This document shows, piece after piece, positions 63,536-64,000 of a DNA stretch of 64,000 nucleotides (its first letter is position 1; each line of letters starts with the position of its first letter). Position numbers and translations under genes: made by a program. Origin of the DNA: Octopus sinensis (lineage: Eukaryota); the NCBI RefSeq assembly GCF_006345805.1, contig NC_042998.1, positions 23,312,001 through 23,376,000 on the forward strand. Direction: 5' to 3'. The notes beneath the pieces are model-generated. The model was not told the origin of the DNA, did not search any database, and saw only the letters and a program-made list of their open reading frames with translations.

Positions 63536-63544
63536 TGTTATCAT

Positions 63545-63980
63545 ATGAGTGTGATCATTGCCAGAGCAACAAGCTGGCCTCCATGCCGGTGGCACATAAA
63601 AAACACCATTCGAGCATGATTGTTACCTGCATCGCCTTACTGGCACTTGTGCTAGTGGCACGTGAAAAAATATTTGAGCAGGGTTGTTTCCAGTGCCGCT
63701 GGACTGGCTCCTGTGCAGGTGGCATATAAAAAGCACCATTTGAGCGTGACCATTGTCAGTACCGCCTGACTGGACCTCGTGCTGGTGGCATGTAAAAGCA
63801 CCCACTACACTCTCGGAGTGGTTGGTGTTAGGAAGGGCATCCAGCTGTAGAAACTCTGCCAGATCAGATTGGAGTCTGGTGCAGCCATCTGGTTCGCCAG
63901 ACCTCATTCAAATTGTCCAACCCTTGCTAGCAAGGAAAACAGACGTTAAACGATGATGATAATGATGATGATGATGATAA
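63545..63980 (+). mobile_element. Family C (RTE 3' fragment, about four repeat units)
   Basis: ggtggcacataaaaaacaccattcgagc units, aggaagggcatccagctgtag, (GAT)n tail. Confidence 0.9.
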
Positions 63981-64000
63981 TAATTACTTAGAGCAGCAAG

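Noticed and set aside
2473-63956. Many 60-120 aa ORFs with recurring peptides (NPLTRLWSA, GLNPEPCGW, FLQLDALPNAN)
   Set aside because: They recur because they are read through SINE A and family C repeats, not because they are a gene family.

Overview
Very AT-rich, microsatellite- and retroposon-dense eukaryotic DNA. The repeat repertoire suggests a cephalopod (Octopus-like) genome; this is inference, not a database match. No intact protein-coding gene is visible, and the window reads as a large intron or intergenic region. The only long ORF is a young, 5'-truncated RTE-clade LINE (15087-17046). It has an RT domain, an embedded PHD-type C4HC3 finger, a frameshift, an apparent internal deletion and a long target-site duplication. 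Also present: degenerate RTE, CR1 and R4/Dong-type LINE relics; three recurring tRNA-derived SINE families (named A, B, D here); many 3'-end fragments of the RTE LINE (family C) built of ~63-nt double-hairpin repeats; TTAA/piggyBac-type MITEs; and a TA/Tc1-mariner-type MITE. The most notable signals are (i) minimal Penelope-type hammerhead ribozyme motifs from several distinct repeat families, one inside a tRNA-headed (Pol III) element with an inverted 3'-end duplication (21749-22057), and (ii) two long near-perfect fold-back palindromes (11260-11456, 11821-12043). A few short ATG-to-splice-donor segments may be alternative first exons of a host gene (low confidence). Repeat boundaries were set by eye and may be off by about 10-20 bp unless a TSD or TIR is quoted.
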